64,000 bases of DNA from Trichosphaerium sp. ATCC 40318. Its lineage: Eukaryota > Protista > Tubulinea. Under the pieces are notes generated by a model. That model had not been told where the DNA came from, made no database searches, and worked only from the letters and a program-made list of their open reading frames with translations. The first letter of the stretch is position 1. Each line of letters opens with the position of its first letter. The translations under genes and the position numbers were made by a program. The stretch covers positions 1 through 64,000 of the forward strand of contig JALMLS010000480.1 of assembly GCA_038496445.1 (NCBI GenBank). Reading direction: 5' to 3'. This document shows, one piece after another, positions 12,357-24,599 of the stretch.

Positions 12357-12719
12357 ATGAACAGGACAGTAGTTTACAATTTCAGAATTTGCCTGCCAAA
12401 GATTGCAGAATTTACCAGCCAAAAGTTGGTTAAAAATGACCAAGACAGGTGAACGTGCATCCCTTACAGCACGCCAATTGCTGCATTAGACAAAGAAGAT
12501 CATGTCCCTTTGACGGGATTCATACCTGTACCATTATAGAGCAAAATTGAGTGGGTGTAAATTCTGGTTGTTTTATTATCACACATGCGCAAAAATGCTG
12601 AGACTTGAGTTCAAATAAGAGTAGGTAAAACATTGATCCTTTTATTGCCCTCCTGTCGTTATGATAAACACTTGCTGATTGCCATAATATAGATTGCACA
12701 ACAAGTTACAAAAGTTGGT

Positions 12720-14502
12720 GTAGCAACTTGCGTTTCATTTCTTTTGTAACGCCAGGATGGCAATGTGGGTGAAGTTTTATTACTATTAAACTTGATGACA
12801 CTAGTTTGAATTGCGTGCAATTTATTTAGAACCTCTAGTCCAGATATTACTTGTAAGTTATAAAATTCTTCATGTTTTCAACTGAATAATTAGTAAAACC
12901 ACGTGCTGTTTCACGTTTTGGAGCTAAACAAGTATCAACAAAAAAACTAACGTGGAACAAAAAAAAAAGAAAGAATTATACCTTTCCTTACTACTGCCAC
13001 CTTCATCATCATTGGAGGTATTTTGAACGGTTTGTATTCCTTTGATATTTTATACTGTTTCTTCCAGTTTGTGACTGCTTTTTCGTCAATTGGTACATGA
13101 TTGTTTAACTGACAGAAACAACAAAGTTAGCAATCAATGATTCCAAAAATAACTTTGAAACAATTTGCAGAAAGACGCACCACCCGCGCATCTTTAAATG
13201 GCGTTTGTACTTGCATGCTTTGTACTGGTAAAGTTTGGAGTTGTGCTCCTTGTTGAATTGGTTGCTGGAACCACGCAGACCGCTCCAATGGATTTTCTTC
13301 CTACAAAAAAACAATTAGACACGAAAATTTGTAAGCTACTCCACAGGCGGTGGAACTCCACTAAAAGTATAACTAGACTCATTTGGTGCTAGATAGATTT
13401 TGAAGGTACCTTGGGTACGTTAACATGAGCACTTGGTGGTGCCACAAGCTTGTCTTTGGGAAATTTCTTGAACCAAAGAGGTTTCCAATACTCATTTTTA
13501 CTGCAAACTTTACGATAGTACTTGCTCACACTACCAAGCTGACATAAAGCATATGGATCTAGGAAATCCACAACATGTAGCCTTAGCTCGTATGGCATTT
13601 CTTCAAAAATCTATTAAACATTAACTAAGCATCAACACAAGTAATGTTTACAACTTTGGATAAGCACAAAAACTTACAGTGAACTTCAATGACAAGTTGT
13701 ATCTCTTAAGCCAAAGGATAAAGTTAAATCGAGATCCAGAAGTCAAAGGTTTTGTTGAATGAACTTGGTATCCCGGATGGACAATAGCATAACAAGGTCT
13801 ATGACCAACTACAACATCTGATTCATTTTGTTTCGAGAAAACCAACTCTCCGCCTAAAAAACAACTATGAGTCTTATTCCTCTTGCCAAATAATACAAAG
13901 AAACATAAGAATGAATGCTCAAAGTATGAGTGATAATGAACAATACTTTGATCACGTGATTTAGAAAGTAAAAGAAAACATATCAAAAAAGTCCAACGCA
14001 TGAAAAAAAACACGCGGAATTTTGTACCTGTAAATTTTTGTCCTAAACATAGGTTCACTGTGTAATCAGAGTCATCAACATGTACAGGATGTTGAAGATC
14101 ACCATTCATATTATAGTGTACAATCATACCAACAGTGCCTTTTAATACTTCATGTTCAGAAAGACCATAAAGTTTGTGTACCAATTTTCCAATAATATCA
14201 CCACTCATGCTCTAAACAAATTACGTTATTAAAGAACCTTTTCCCAAAAATGAATCAAACTAGTTTATACGCGTATTCTTGCGTACCTTGATAAAGTTTG
14301 AGAATCCAAATTCGTTCAAAATAAGACCATCTTTGTTCAACTTTTTACGACCTTGATCAATATTTAAAGCTTCTTGAATCAACTTCTCAGCACATTGCTT
14401 TCCAATTAATTCAAAAGCGTATACATCCTCATCGTGTGTTTCTACAATATCTCTTGGTGGTATTCCAGCCTTCATAGAGGTAATAGCAGGGCATTGACTC
14501 AT
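12720..14502 (-). CDS. 2OG-Fe(II) oxygenase (OGFOD2/ICU11-like) fused to a C-terminal F-box; multi-exon
   Basis: HVDDSDYTVNLCLG..FTGGELVF..HPGYQVHSTKPLTSGSRFNFILW (HxD..H..R), spliced to IFEEMPYELRLHVVDFLDPYALCQLGSVSKYYRKVC. 3' end approximate. Confidence 0.8.
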
Positions 14503-16190
14503 GTTTGCGGCAAAAAAATTAAGTAAGTTTGGATGAAGTGCTGTGAACTTGGATGTGTTGAAGGGCGCTTGTTTTGAAAGGCTATATGAGGGAACATCAT
14601 TACGTCTTGGGAGGGAGTCATGGGTTCCTGTTTTTTTTTACCTGTGAGTCAAGAAAATAAACCAAAAAACAAGAAAAAAATAAGAAACTTCACCTTTTGC
14701 GTTAAAGGTCATAACAATGAGTTTGCTCTCATTCTTATTGGTTGACACTGAAAGGAGCTTATTTTCAAAGCCAACAAAAGATGTAAGATATAATTCTTGC
14801 CATAACCAGAATGGTTTGAATTGAGTCGTAGATCCGCAACACAAATCACCACCATAAAATCCATCGAACCTCCTGTGACAGAGAAAAAAGGTAAGAATAT
14901 TTGTTATTAACGTTCTTCATCACGTGCCTTTCTTTTTCTGTCAAGAATATGTTCACATCTTTGTAAATATGCTGTGAGGTTATTCGTGTACCCATAGCTT
15001 GAAAACAATTTGTTGGGCGCTAATTAGAAGTAAGTTCTTGAAAAAAGCCTGCAGTAGTCGCACATGTTCTTCAATAAACGGATACCCATCTCGTTCAACT
15101 ACAACTTCCCTGAACGTATTCATTGTGCAAGACCCAGTAAAAGGTAGATTTGCACTTTTACGCGAAACACCTTTCTTAGTTAGAGCCTATCACAACAACT
15201 TAGAAGGGAACCAAAAACAAAAAAAAAAACTTACAACTATCCTGTTTTTGTAAGTATCCGTTATCCAAAACAAACTACCAACACATTGTACAGTTCCATT
15301 AAACCTTAGGTAAGATTTGCTACAAGTGCACATTAGACAATCAAAAAGCAACGATTTTGGATGAGCACGTGCGTGTTCGAGTTCAAACAAGAAAGAGTAT
15401 TCAAGTTGAAGAACCAAGTGTACGACAAAGATACAAGCAATACATCATCAATTATCCCAACATGCGCGAAGTTTTTCACTCTTTTATCATAATCACGTGG
15501 TACCTAACTCAGTATTATTAATGGAAGTTGTACTTAAATTCGAAAAAGCGAAGGTGATGAAGTACATTGATATCGTTGTAAACACGTGATTTCAAATTGA
15601 GAATCTTTGGAGGAAAACCTTGACTACAAAAAACAAAAGCATCGTCTTTCCAAAAAGCAGCTGCATAGGTTGACTGGTACTTCAAAGAGTCTTTGGTATT
15701 AAACATAGCCACTCCATTCATTGGATCAAAGTCACTCTTCACCAAAATGTGTACACGCCTTAAAAACAAGTGGTTAAGGTCAAATAAAGTAAGAAAAAAA
15801 CCCACGTGTCCAATTGTTTTTTCAAAGTTTTTGTTTCAGAAAAAGAGCTACTTACAAGGTTGATATTATAGCCATAGACTCACAACTGTCTGAGAAGACT
15901 ATTTTGGTGTATTTTTCGTCCTTTGTTTGGTTTGGTATCTTTAAAGTCTTGATCACACTCCAATCATCGCCTTTGGCATCGTAGATCGTTACATTAGCGC
16001 ATACGACATCTGTTGAACTGTTCTTTTTGTCTTGTGTCACACAAACAGCGTATTTTTCACATAGACCTAAAACAGTTAATCCTTAAGACATCAAAGCCAT
16101 TCAACACGTACCTATAGCTTCAATAACGCAATTTGAAGTATTCGTAAGCTCCTTTATGTCAAACTTTTCACAGCGAAATGTCATTATGCT
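14500..16190 (-). CDS. Multi-exon protein of unknown function (possibly beta-propeller)
   Basis: Exon-like ORFs 14638-14844, 15518-15805 and 15852-16040 bounded by splice signals; beta-strand-rich sequence. Boundaries uncertain. Confidence 0.45.
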
Positions 16191-17106
16191 CTTTCGATGT
16201 TGTGGGTATTGAGCAGAAACCGAACTTTGATGTCAGGTTGCCTTATGTTTAAGTATGTATTAAGCCACTATTTAGTGAAGCAAGTTCGCCTTGGTTCTCG
16301 GTTTTAGTGAAGTTAAATAGTCGACTGCCTATGGCTGTCGCTGCTATTATACTCAAGGATTAAATTGTAGCCTTAGATACACCAGAACGCTGTTTTGGAG
16401 TAGTAATTTTCAGAAATTCTGGTTCGAAAAAAAAGATGATTTAAAAAAAATTGGTTTCGACTGTCAGTACATTACAGCACAACAAAATCAAAAAGCTTTG
16501 AATGTTTATAAGTATAGCATCACAAACAAATTGTCCAAATGAAAATTTACTTGAAAAATGGTTATAGGTGAGTAAAAATGCCAAAATTTCTTAGTTTTTT
16601 CGAGTATATTCTTCTAGCTTTTAAGGCGTAGCACCCAGAGTCCATGATGGCCTTGTGTATCTAACCAAAGTATCGCATTCCAAATACTAGGTCTGTTAAA
16701 AGCGTTTAACATGCCATCCAAAGTGTCTTCTTTCAAAGGTGTATTGTGTTTTATAGTTAGGTTTTCGTACAATATCACAACGTATGAGACATTTTTGGCC
16801 GTACAAACCTAACCCGGGTTTACGGGCGTTTGAGACTAAGGGAGGTTGGCGACTTAACGTACAAGTCAACAGATTTGTTTAAAATGTTTTACCTCAAGTG
16901 CTGGCTATTTCTACGCATGGTAATTTAAAGTGGTTTTGAGACAGTAAAAAAAAATATCACGTGTGGCGGGCTCATATTGTCAAAAAACGTCATCCACTAG
17001 CATTGTCAACGTATTTCTTTGTTTAACCATACTGCAGTACTGTAGTTGCCGCATATTTTATTGACAACGAAGCTACAGCCTCCGCCAAGCCAGGTATTAC
17101 AACAAA

Positions 17107-17826
17107 ATGAAAAGCGCCAACACAGAAAAGAGAGATCAAGGCGTATTTGACCTTATTTCACTTCCAGTTGAGTTAATAGTTCATATTCTGAAGCAAGGGA
17201 CATATACACTCCCTTCAGCCCAAACTTGCCACTTTCTCCGCGATATCATTCACAACCACGTTGGATACAAAAGAATCTTTGTTAATTGTGACCACGAAGT
17301 TTCGATGCTTTCTGGTAGTCCATTACTGCAAAATACACCAATTTGTTTTAGACTACTTAACCCAACCGACAGTGACTTGCGTTTATTTGCAGGAGTACAC
17401 ACTATTAACCTCATCCTTTCCCGTAAAATAACAGATGAGGGTATCAAAGCATCTGGAGTACATGAAATAAATTTGCAAAGTACAAAAGTTACAGGTGAAG
17501 GTGTGAAGTCATTGGCAGGAGTACACACTATTAACCTCAATTTTTGCTATGAAGTAACAGATGAAGGTTTGAAGTCGTTGGCAGGAGTACATACTATCTG
17601 TTTGTGTAATTGTAAGAGGATAACAGATGAGGGTGTCAAAGCATTAGCTGGTGTATATGAAATTAACTTGTCGTATACAAATGTTACAGATGAAGGTTTG
17701 AAGGTGTTGGTAGGAGTACACACTATTGCCTTGTATTCCTGCAACAACATAACAGAAAATGGTATAAAGGCTTTGATAGGCACAGACCGTACAATAAACA
17801 TATCAAGACAAGTCAAAATGTTTTAA
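17107..17826 (+). CDS. Intronless F-box/LRR protein (GVHTI repeats)
   Basis: LISLPVELIVHILK F-box and about 6 LRRs; closest paralog is 58863-60077 (shared SAQTC and LSGSPLLQNT). Confidence 0.9.
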   Translation: MKSANTEKRDQGVFDLISLPVELIVHILKQGTYTLPSAQTCHFLRDIIHNHVGYKRIFVNCDHEVSMLSGSPLLQNTPICFRLLNPTDSDLRLFAGVHTINLILSRKITDEGIKASGVHEINLQSTKVTGEGVKSLAGVHTINLNFCYEVTDEGLKSLAGVHTICLCNCKRITDEGVKALAGVYEINLSYTNVTDEGLKVLVGVHTIALYSCNNITENGIKALIGTDRTINISRQVKMF

Positions 17827-19400
17827 AACACCATCTAATTTAAACAAAGTAAAAAATCCATTAGAAAGACTCCATACAGCCACCATATTTGATTTTCCAT
17901 CGCCAGGCATTCTTGATGCTACAGCAAACTCACCATAACAACAAGATTTAGAAGATGAAGAAGACTTTTGTGTTACTCCATTTGCAATACCTATTAAGTT
18001 ATAATAAACACCTCCAGGCCCACTGCATATCACAAACACGATTTTAGATACTTTATCATTGTCTACATAATGAGTAACAAACACATTGTCTGCAAGGTCA
18101 TCGCAGGTATTAACAAACTTCGACATCAGAGGATGAAGATGTATTCAAGGTACACTTAAAAATACCGTTTGGTCTCACCTGCAATGAAGTAGAATACATC
18201 AGGATTGTTGGTATCCGTGCTAGCTAAGACGTTTCCGAAACACTTGATTGGGATATGCATATCACATGATTTCCATGCGCTTTCAACAGCAACAAAACAG
18301 TGTAGAGAAAACTCTCAACACAAGACTAAGTATGAATCCAGCAAATAAAAACCAAAATTCTTGAAACTCGCTCAAAAGTGATGTGTCCACATGTAAAGTA
18401 ACGTGTTGTAAAGTGTTCATGTTAATTTCTAGGTTCTTTGAGACAAGCAAGGATTTATGGAGTAAACGCCACACTCAGTTATGAGGTATAGTATAGAATA
18501 CAAAGCATTCTTTCTTGAATAATACATCATGTACGCTTACAAAAGGCACAAGATTTCATAACTCGGACTCTGAACCCACAAACACCTTCATAACTGACTC
18601 TTTGCTAATAGGGCTTCATCACTTAGCTCCAATATCCTTCAGTTTGAAAGTAATCCGTTGGCCACACATTGCCATAGAATGGGGAACTGTCATTTAGAAA
18701 GGCTTCTCTGCTCAACAAAAACAACATGGCTTATTTCTATGTGTTAGAATAAAGTGTTGTTCCTATTATTCAATTCTAGGCATGGCCTGTGTTTGGTCGC
18801 CCTAAGCATTGTAAAGTCATCTATCTCTTCGGTAGTAAAGACAGCACATAATATGTGATACATAATGTAATTTTGAAAAATAAAAACAAGTACGATGTGA
18901 TTCTGTTCAACAAAGCAATTTTGTGCTCGATTAAGCTTGTTGTATTGTTTAGATAATTAGGATTGCTATTGCCTTATATCCACGCTTTTGGTAGGGTCTA
19001 CAATAGTAGCGTTCAAGTTGGCTTATAAGTGTCCCAATCATTTTATCCAAAGCCTTTAATTTAGCTTCGCTAGAGGTTCTCAAACAAGCAATTTGAACTA
19101 GCTGACTCTCAGCTGACTAGTTGTTTTAAACTTTACAATCAGCTTTGACTACGAGCCTGAAGGCACGTGTGACGTAAGTTAGCCTCCAAATGGAGTTGCT
19201 TGAAACAAGAGCATAAACTTGACACGAATAGAACTGACTCTCTTTCAAGTAAAACACTTTTGATTTTAATAATGCAATTACATGACCACATTGGTGTTGT
19301 GGTTGCCGCATGTCGTTTTTGGTTTTCTTTTGAAAGTGTCAAAATGAAGGGAAGGGTTGTAGAGACAGAGAAACTTTTTTTGTTCTAGAATTTTGTTTGG
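17803..19400 (-). pseudogene. Degraded coding region of unknown identity
   Basis: Protein-like ORF 17803-18126 plus upstream segments broken by stops. Confidence 0.25.
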
Positions 19401-19599
19401 TTTTCGTTTTGGGTTTGAAAGCTTTGTTGTTCTATGATGAGGTGTATCCTGCTAGTGTTGAGCGTCCAGTGCTCACAGAGTATGTTAACTCTTTTAGTTT
19501 TTTATTTTCTTGGAGTATTCTTCTATTCTCTTGGCGTAGGGCAGCGATTTGTCTAAAGGTTCAAAAGTAAGCAAAATTTTTTTTTCAAGCTTTCTGAAA

Positions 19600-21936
19600 G
19601 TTTTAATTTGGTTCGTCTCAAGAATTCTAAGTTACCGTTTCATTGATTTAACAACATCTATCTGATCTGCTCCATGCTTGTGGTTAAGATGCTCTCTAGT
19701 TTATTGTTAATCATAAACATTCAACGTTTTTTTAAAGACGGAAATAACACAAACCTTGTTTTTTCAGCTCGAAGGCGGAGTAGCTCAGTGTTGGCCATGT
19801 ATCTAATAAAATGATTCAGATATAACGTCTTAGTGACAAAACTTTGATGAGTCGTAGGTACTGAAAGACAAATTTGTTGCGTCACTAGAGTCAGAGATGG
19901 CAAAGCTTGTTTTTTGAAGTAATGAAAAAAAAATCCTGATTTCTTTGATCACGTTACCTTGGTTTACCTTGCCACATGGCAGTCTTTTTACCAAAACTCT
20001 TCTTATTGAGATACTTAGATACCTCCTACAAATAATAAGCCCAAACAAATCAAATACAACCAAAAAAAATAGTAGAAACGAAAAAAAAACGTACAGGTGA
20101 AAAAAATGTTGTATCCTCCTTTGCAGGTGCTCCAATAGAATTCTACAAAAAAAATCACGTGAGACACAATATTATTACAGGGTATGGTCGAAATATACTG
20201 GTACTTTTTTTTTCCCTTTTGGTAAAAGCCACGTGTTGAGAGAGCATTTAGAAAAGTTCTCTTCAAACGTTTTTTGAAGAAATCACGTGATTAAAATAAA
20301 AATCGGAAAAAAAAAATGAGGACATTTTTCCTTACCCTACGACGATGTCTTCTCTTCTTTCGCGGTTGTCTTGGTGATAAAGGTGCCTTTAGCTTCTCAG
20401 TTACCATATTTCTTACTTCTTTTACAATAGTCTCTTCATCAAAGCTGATATCCTCTGTATCGCTATCGCTTGTAGGAGGAACAGAGCCGGCGTTGCCTCC
20501 TCCGTTGTTACTGCTTTTTTCTTTCTTCAAAGCCTCATAACGTTCCTCCAAGTTAGAGTACTTTATAGCCATCTCTATGCCTTTATTCTGCATCTCTTCA
20601 ACAAGCTTCTCGAAAGCTCTAATCTGCTTCGTTTGGTCTTCTCCACCAGCGGTTCCTGATGCGTTTTTGTTTTCTGCAAGTTTCTTCGTTGTCATTTGAA
20701 GCTTACTCTCGGCTTTGAATCTTCTGAACTCTGTCTGTTGTAGTTTCATCTCTCTGGCATGTCTATCTTCCATCTCAGTCATGTGTCTCTCGAACCGGTC
20801 TGAAACTTTTACAGCATCTCCTTTGAGGGTGGCGATGTAATCTCTTAATTTTTGATTTTCTTGTTGAAGTTTATTGATCTGTTCTTCCAAGTCGGCGTTG
20901 TTCTCTTGTAGTTTAGCACATAGTTTAGTGCTTTCCTGAAGTTTGAGTGTTGTTTCGTTTATATTCTTTGGTACTTGTTTAAGGTACTCGACAATACTTG
21001 ATAGACTATCTGGTCGAGGAGCAAGAGGTTCGAGATCGCTGTTGTTTAACAAAAAATTAATAAAAAAGTTTCGAAGTTTTTAAGGTCGCACGTTGTTCTC
21101 TCGGGTACACCTTCGCTTACATCATCTAAAATTTCGTCTTCTATATCGCTCTAAGTTATATTTTAAGGCAAAATTGCAGGTATTTAAATTTAAGTTTGTC
21201 TAGTTTGCGTACGTCTGTGCCTATGTCTTCAAAGTTTTTTAGAACACTTTCAACTTTTTTATTATCAAATAATCCTTTATTTGATGATAAATAATCGTCT
21301 ACAGCCGATAGAAACCCTTGTCCGGGTTTTAAACCTTTCTATAAAAATAAATATGAGTATCAAGAGTTGATAGCGAAAGTACAAGGCGAAGGAAGCTATT
21401 TATACTTCTTTTTTGTCAAAAAAGAGATTTTCAAAAAAAAATTTAAAAAACAACGCAGAACTTTTTAGTCACGTGACTTTTCTAGCGATAACATACAAGT
21501 AATTCAGTTAAAACGCTCCAATCCTTTGTTATTTCAGTATCAGTATTTGCTACAGCAATAAGAAATCGCTCTCCTTTCCCATTACGAAAAATTATTCTAA
21601 GTTCTCTTTAGCGTTGTAATAAAAAAAACGCAATAAAATACGAAAAAGTTTGAGAAAAAAAATCAAAGCTCTAATCGATCACGTGCTCTTTTTGAAATTT
21701 AAAATCTATGCATACCTGTAAGGATAAGATGATAGTATGAATTTTGATAGTACAGCCCAATTTACAAGTCTCTTCATGGCTAAAGAACGTTTTTCGTCTA
21801 TTTTCTCTTCTACCATTACTCTCCAGCTTATACTTCCTCTCAACATCTTGAGACGACCTAGCGATAGAACCGATTAAAAATCATCTAAATGCGACCTTAG
21901 TATAGCCACTGACTTACGTCTTGGTACAAGGACCAT
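19600..21936 (-). CDS. Multi-exon coiled-coil protein
   Basis: GCCACCATGG start context at 21936 (MVLVPR/RRLKMLRG); long coiled-coil exon within ORF 20291-21052. 3' end approximate. Confidence 0.6.
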
Positions 21937-22004
21937 GGTGGCGCGTTTGTTTGGGGATTAGCTGTAAATTTAGAAGCGAAACTTTTTGACTCAAGTTTTG
22001 CCAT

Positions 22005-24446
22005 CAGCTGACAGAAACAGATAGTGATTCGGGCGTTCTCACACAAGGCCTGTACTTAAACAACCCTTGGCGCTGCTTGCGCAACGTTCTGTTTATTTTG
22101 TTACGGCACAACAAGGCACTTTTTGACGATTTAGTTTAAAAGAAAGCGTGTACGCTTTGAGGAGTTGTGTGGTATGTTTTTTGATATCTGGAAGTTCCAG
22201 GTGGCAGGAAGTTTCTTATTGTACCGCCAAAACTGCATACTTCACAAGCGAGAGAAATAGTTGTCAGTGCGTTTTATAAAAGGCAGCAACTACACTTTGT
22301 GTCAAAAGGGTTTTTTTTAAACTTTACACCAAACTTTTCTTCAAATACCTCCGCGTAGCATTTGTACTCACATCTATGACATCATATTTAAGGGTATACA
22401 ACATAGAAGAACTTCTCTATCCTCGTATCCAATGAGGTTTACGCCTGCACTCCTTTGTGTTTCGAGATGTTAGATACAAATCTTCACAAAAAAAAAAGAA
22501 AGAAAGTTTTTTTTCTGTTCTTTCGAACAGCTATATCGTACCACTGGTGCGTCTTGTTTTAACCCTGTACCTGGTGTCTTTAATAAACGTGTTAGCGAGC
22601 TAATAATCGATAAGGGTTAAAAGGAAGTTCGTGTACATTGTCGGCTCGAAACTTTTGTCCAATGTACTCTTTACCTCTCCTCGGAAACGGAAATGCAAGT
22701 GCCTTGTATTTAACGCACCAGAAACTGAAAAAAAACATGAGTTTAAGGTTTTTGATCAAGAAAGTTTCTTGATCGAAATCACGTGATTATTTTCGAAAAA
22801 CAGAAAAAAACTGGATTTGTACCTATCGTGTGATATTATATCATCTATGCTTTTAAAGTATTTATAAACTCGACGTTGAAGAAACCTTTGATCGTCTCCT
22901 TTTTTTGTTTTAAGCTCCGGAAACTAAGAAAAAAAGATGAAAAAAAAAAGTATACATTGAGTTGTTGGTTTAAGTTTGCTGCTCTAGAGCAGTAATGAGG
23001 TTGGTTCGTACTTTCTTTCTGTAGTCTAGAATTTCTTCTTTCATCTTAAAAGGCAGCTTCCCTCTTTTTAGACCAAACATGCCGGCCATAACTAAGCACT
23101 TTCAATGATTCTTTCGTAAATCGTAATTTCTTGTTTAGGGGTTTTTTCTTGTTATTCTTTCTTCTACTATGACGTACCAGGGGCCTTTGTTATAATTTAA
23201 TTTAAATTCGTAAGGTATTCATATTAGTGCTATATACCTTACCTTGTGAGCATTGTGATCCCTCATTATGTGGATCGATTTGTCGCTTTCAAGAAATTCA
23301 TTAACAGCAGAAACTTCTCTCATACTCAGTCTCGAATCAACATCTCTAGATATGAATAAATCAACACCTATACGTAATAATGTTAAGAAACGTATTTATA
23401 CAACTAATAAGACCTTCATCGTCAGCAGCCAAGAATCTCCTAGGCGTAAGTAAATTAAACAAAATCAACTAAAAAAACACGAAATTCGAAATACCAAAAT
23501 CTTCCAGCAACTTCTCTCATGTCATCTGGTATTTGAACTACTTCACCTCCCTATATGAACCAGATATCATAAGATAAACATAAATTACACATTGCATCTT
23601 ACAAGCGCTCTGAGCTCTTGAACAACTCCTGCAGCAATCCTTTCAAACAAATAAGAAAAAAAACTTTCCAAATTTGTTCAAAATGCCTACGCACTTGTGC
23701 TCTGGTACTTCTGGGTTCTCGTCAGTGTATATACGTACTTTCCACCCAGGATAATATTGAGGAGCCTTAAAAACTATAAATAATTTGCTACAGGTGGACG
23801 TGTTGCGAAAGGAGTCTTCAACATTTTTTCTTAATGTTAAGCTACTTGTACCATTTCAATATTTCTTTTAGCGCCCTCAATCATAACAGGATCATTACCA
23901 TAAAGTGAATAGACTATATACTTTCGAGGGTAATCGCTATCGACCTGTTCTTTAAATCTATAAAAAATCTATCAACGTGTCATATACAAAATTCTCGAAA
24001 AAACCAGTACTTTTGCTCCACTTTGCCGTTCTCGTTAGTTTTCTTTTCCTGATGCGTCGATTCATCATCTACACTCGATTACAATTAGATTATAAGTACT
24101 GTAATGTGTTGACATTACTAAATGTATTTTTATCACCCAGCTGTGCCCGTAACGATTCCGTAAGCTCTCGTAAAGTATTGATAGATTCGCTCAAAGTATT
24201 TTGCTCCTTTAGCTTTGAACGTAATGAATACATGGCTGCTTCGCAATCAGGCGCATCTATATCATCACGTGATGGTCCTAGATTCATTATTAACTATTTT
24301 TATCGTTTCGCCATCATAATTTAAGTACCACGTGATAAGAACAACATCCACGTGATGAAAATACCACCGAGTACTGGTTTTGTTGTTAGTTTCGTAAATT
24401 CACCTTAATACTTACCTAGCAGCAACCTGAAGTTGTTTCCGCGCAT
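22005..24446 (-). CDS. Type II membrane glycosyltransferase-like protein, multi-exon
   Basis: N-terminal TM (VLGGIFITWMLFL), stem region, then YSLYG, YYPGWKVRIY, GRFWRF, FISRDVDSRL (DxD), HIMRDH, ILAGMFG and DQRFL. Confidence 0.7.
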
Positions 24447-24599
24447 CAAGATTCGACGTCGTCGCTTTTTTTGTTCTTGGTTTGAGACTAAGTTTGAAAC
24501 CGCGCTTTTCTGTTGTTAGGATTTTTATCTTTTTTGATTGTTTTTGGAAGAGGCATCTATTCTTGAAAAACTGCTGTTCTTGTTTGTAGATATCACGTG

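Noticed and set aside
15078-15086. U12-like donor GTATCCGTT on the minus strand
   Set aside because: Imperfect match, no U12 branch site, and exon frames are ambiguous.
16755-16825. Hairpin with CCTAACCC, a possible telomerase template
   Set aside because: Only 8 nt of match and no other supporting elements.
17250-17816. Antisense ORFs over LRR and MORN genes (also 59390-59998, 8936-9177)
   Set aside because: Shadow ORFs produced by repetitive codon structure.
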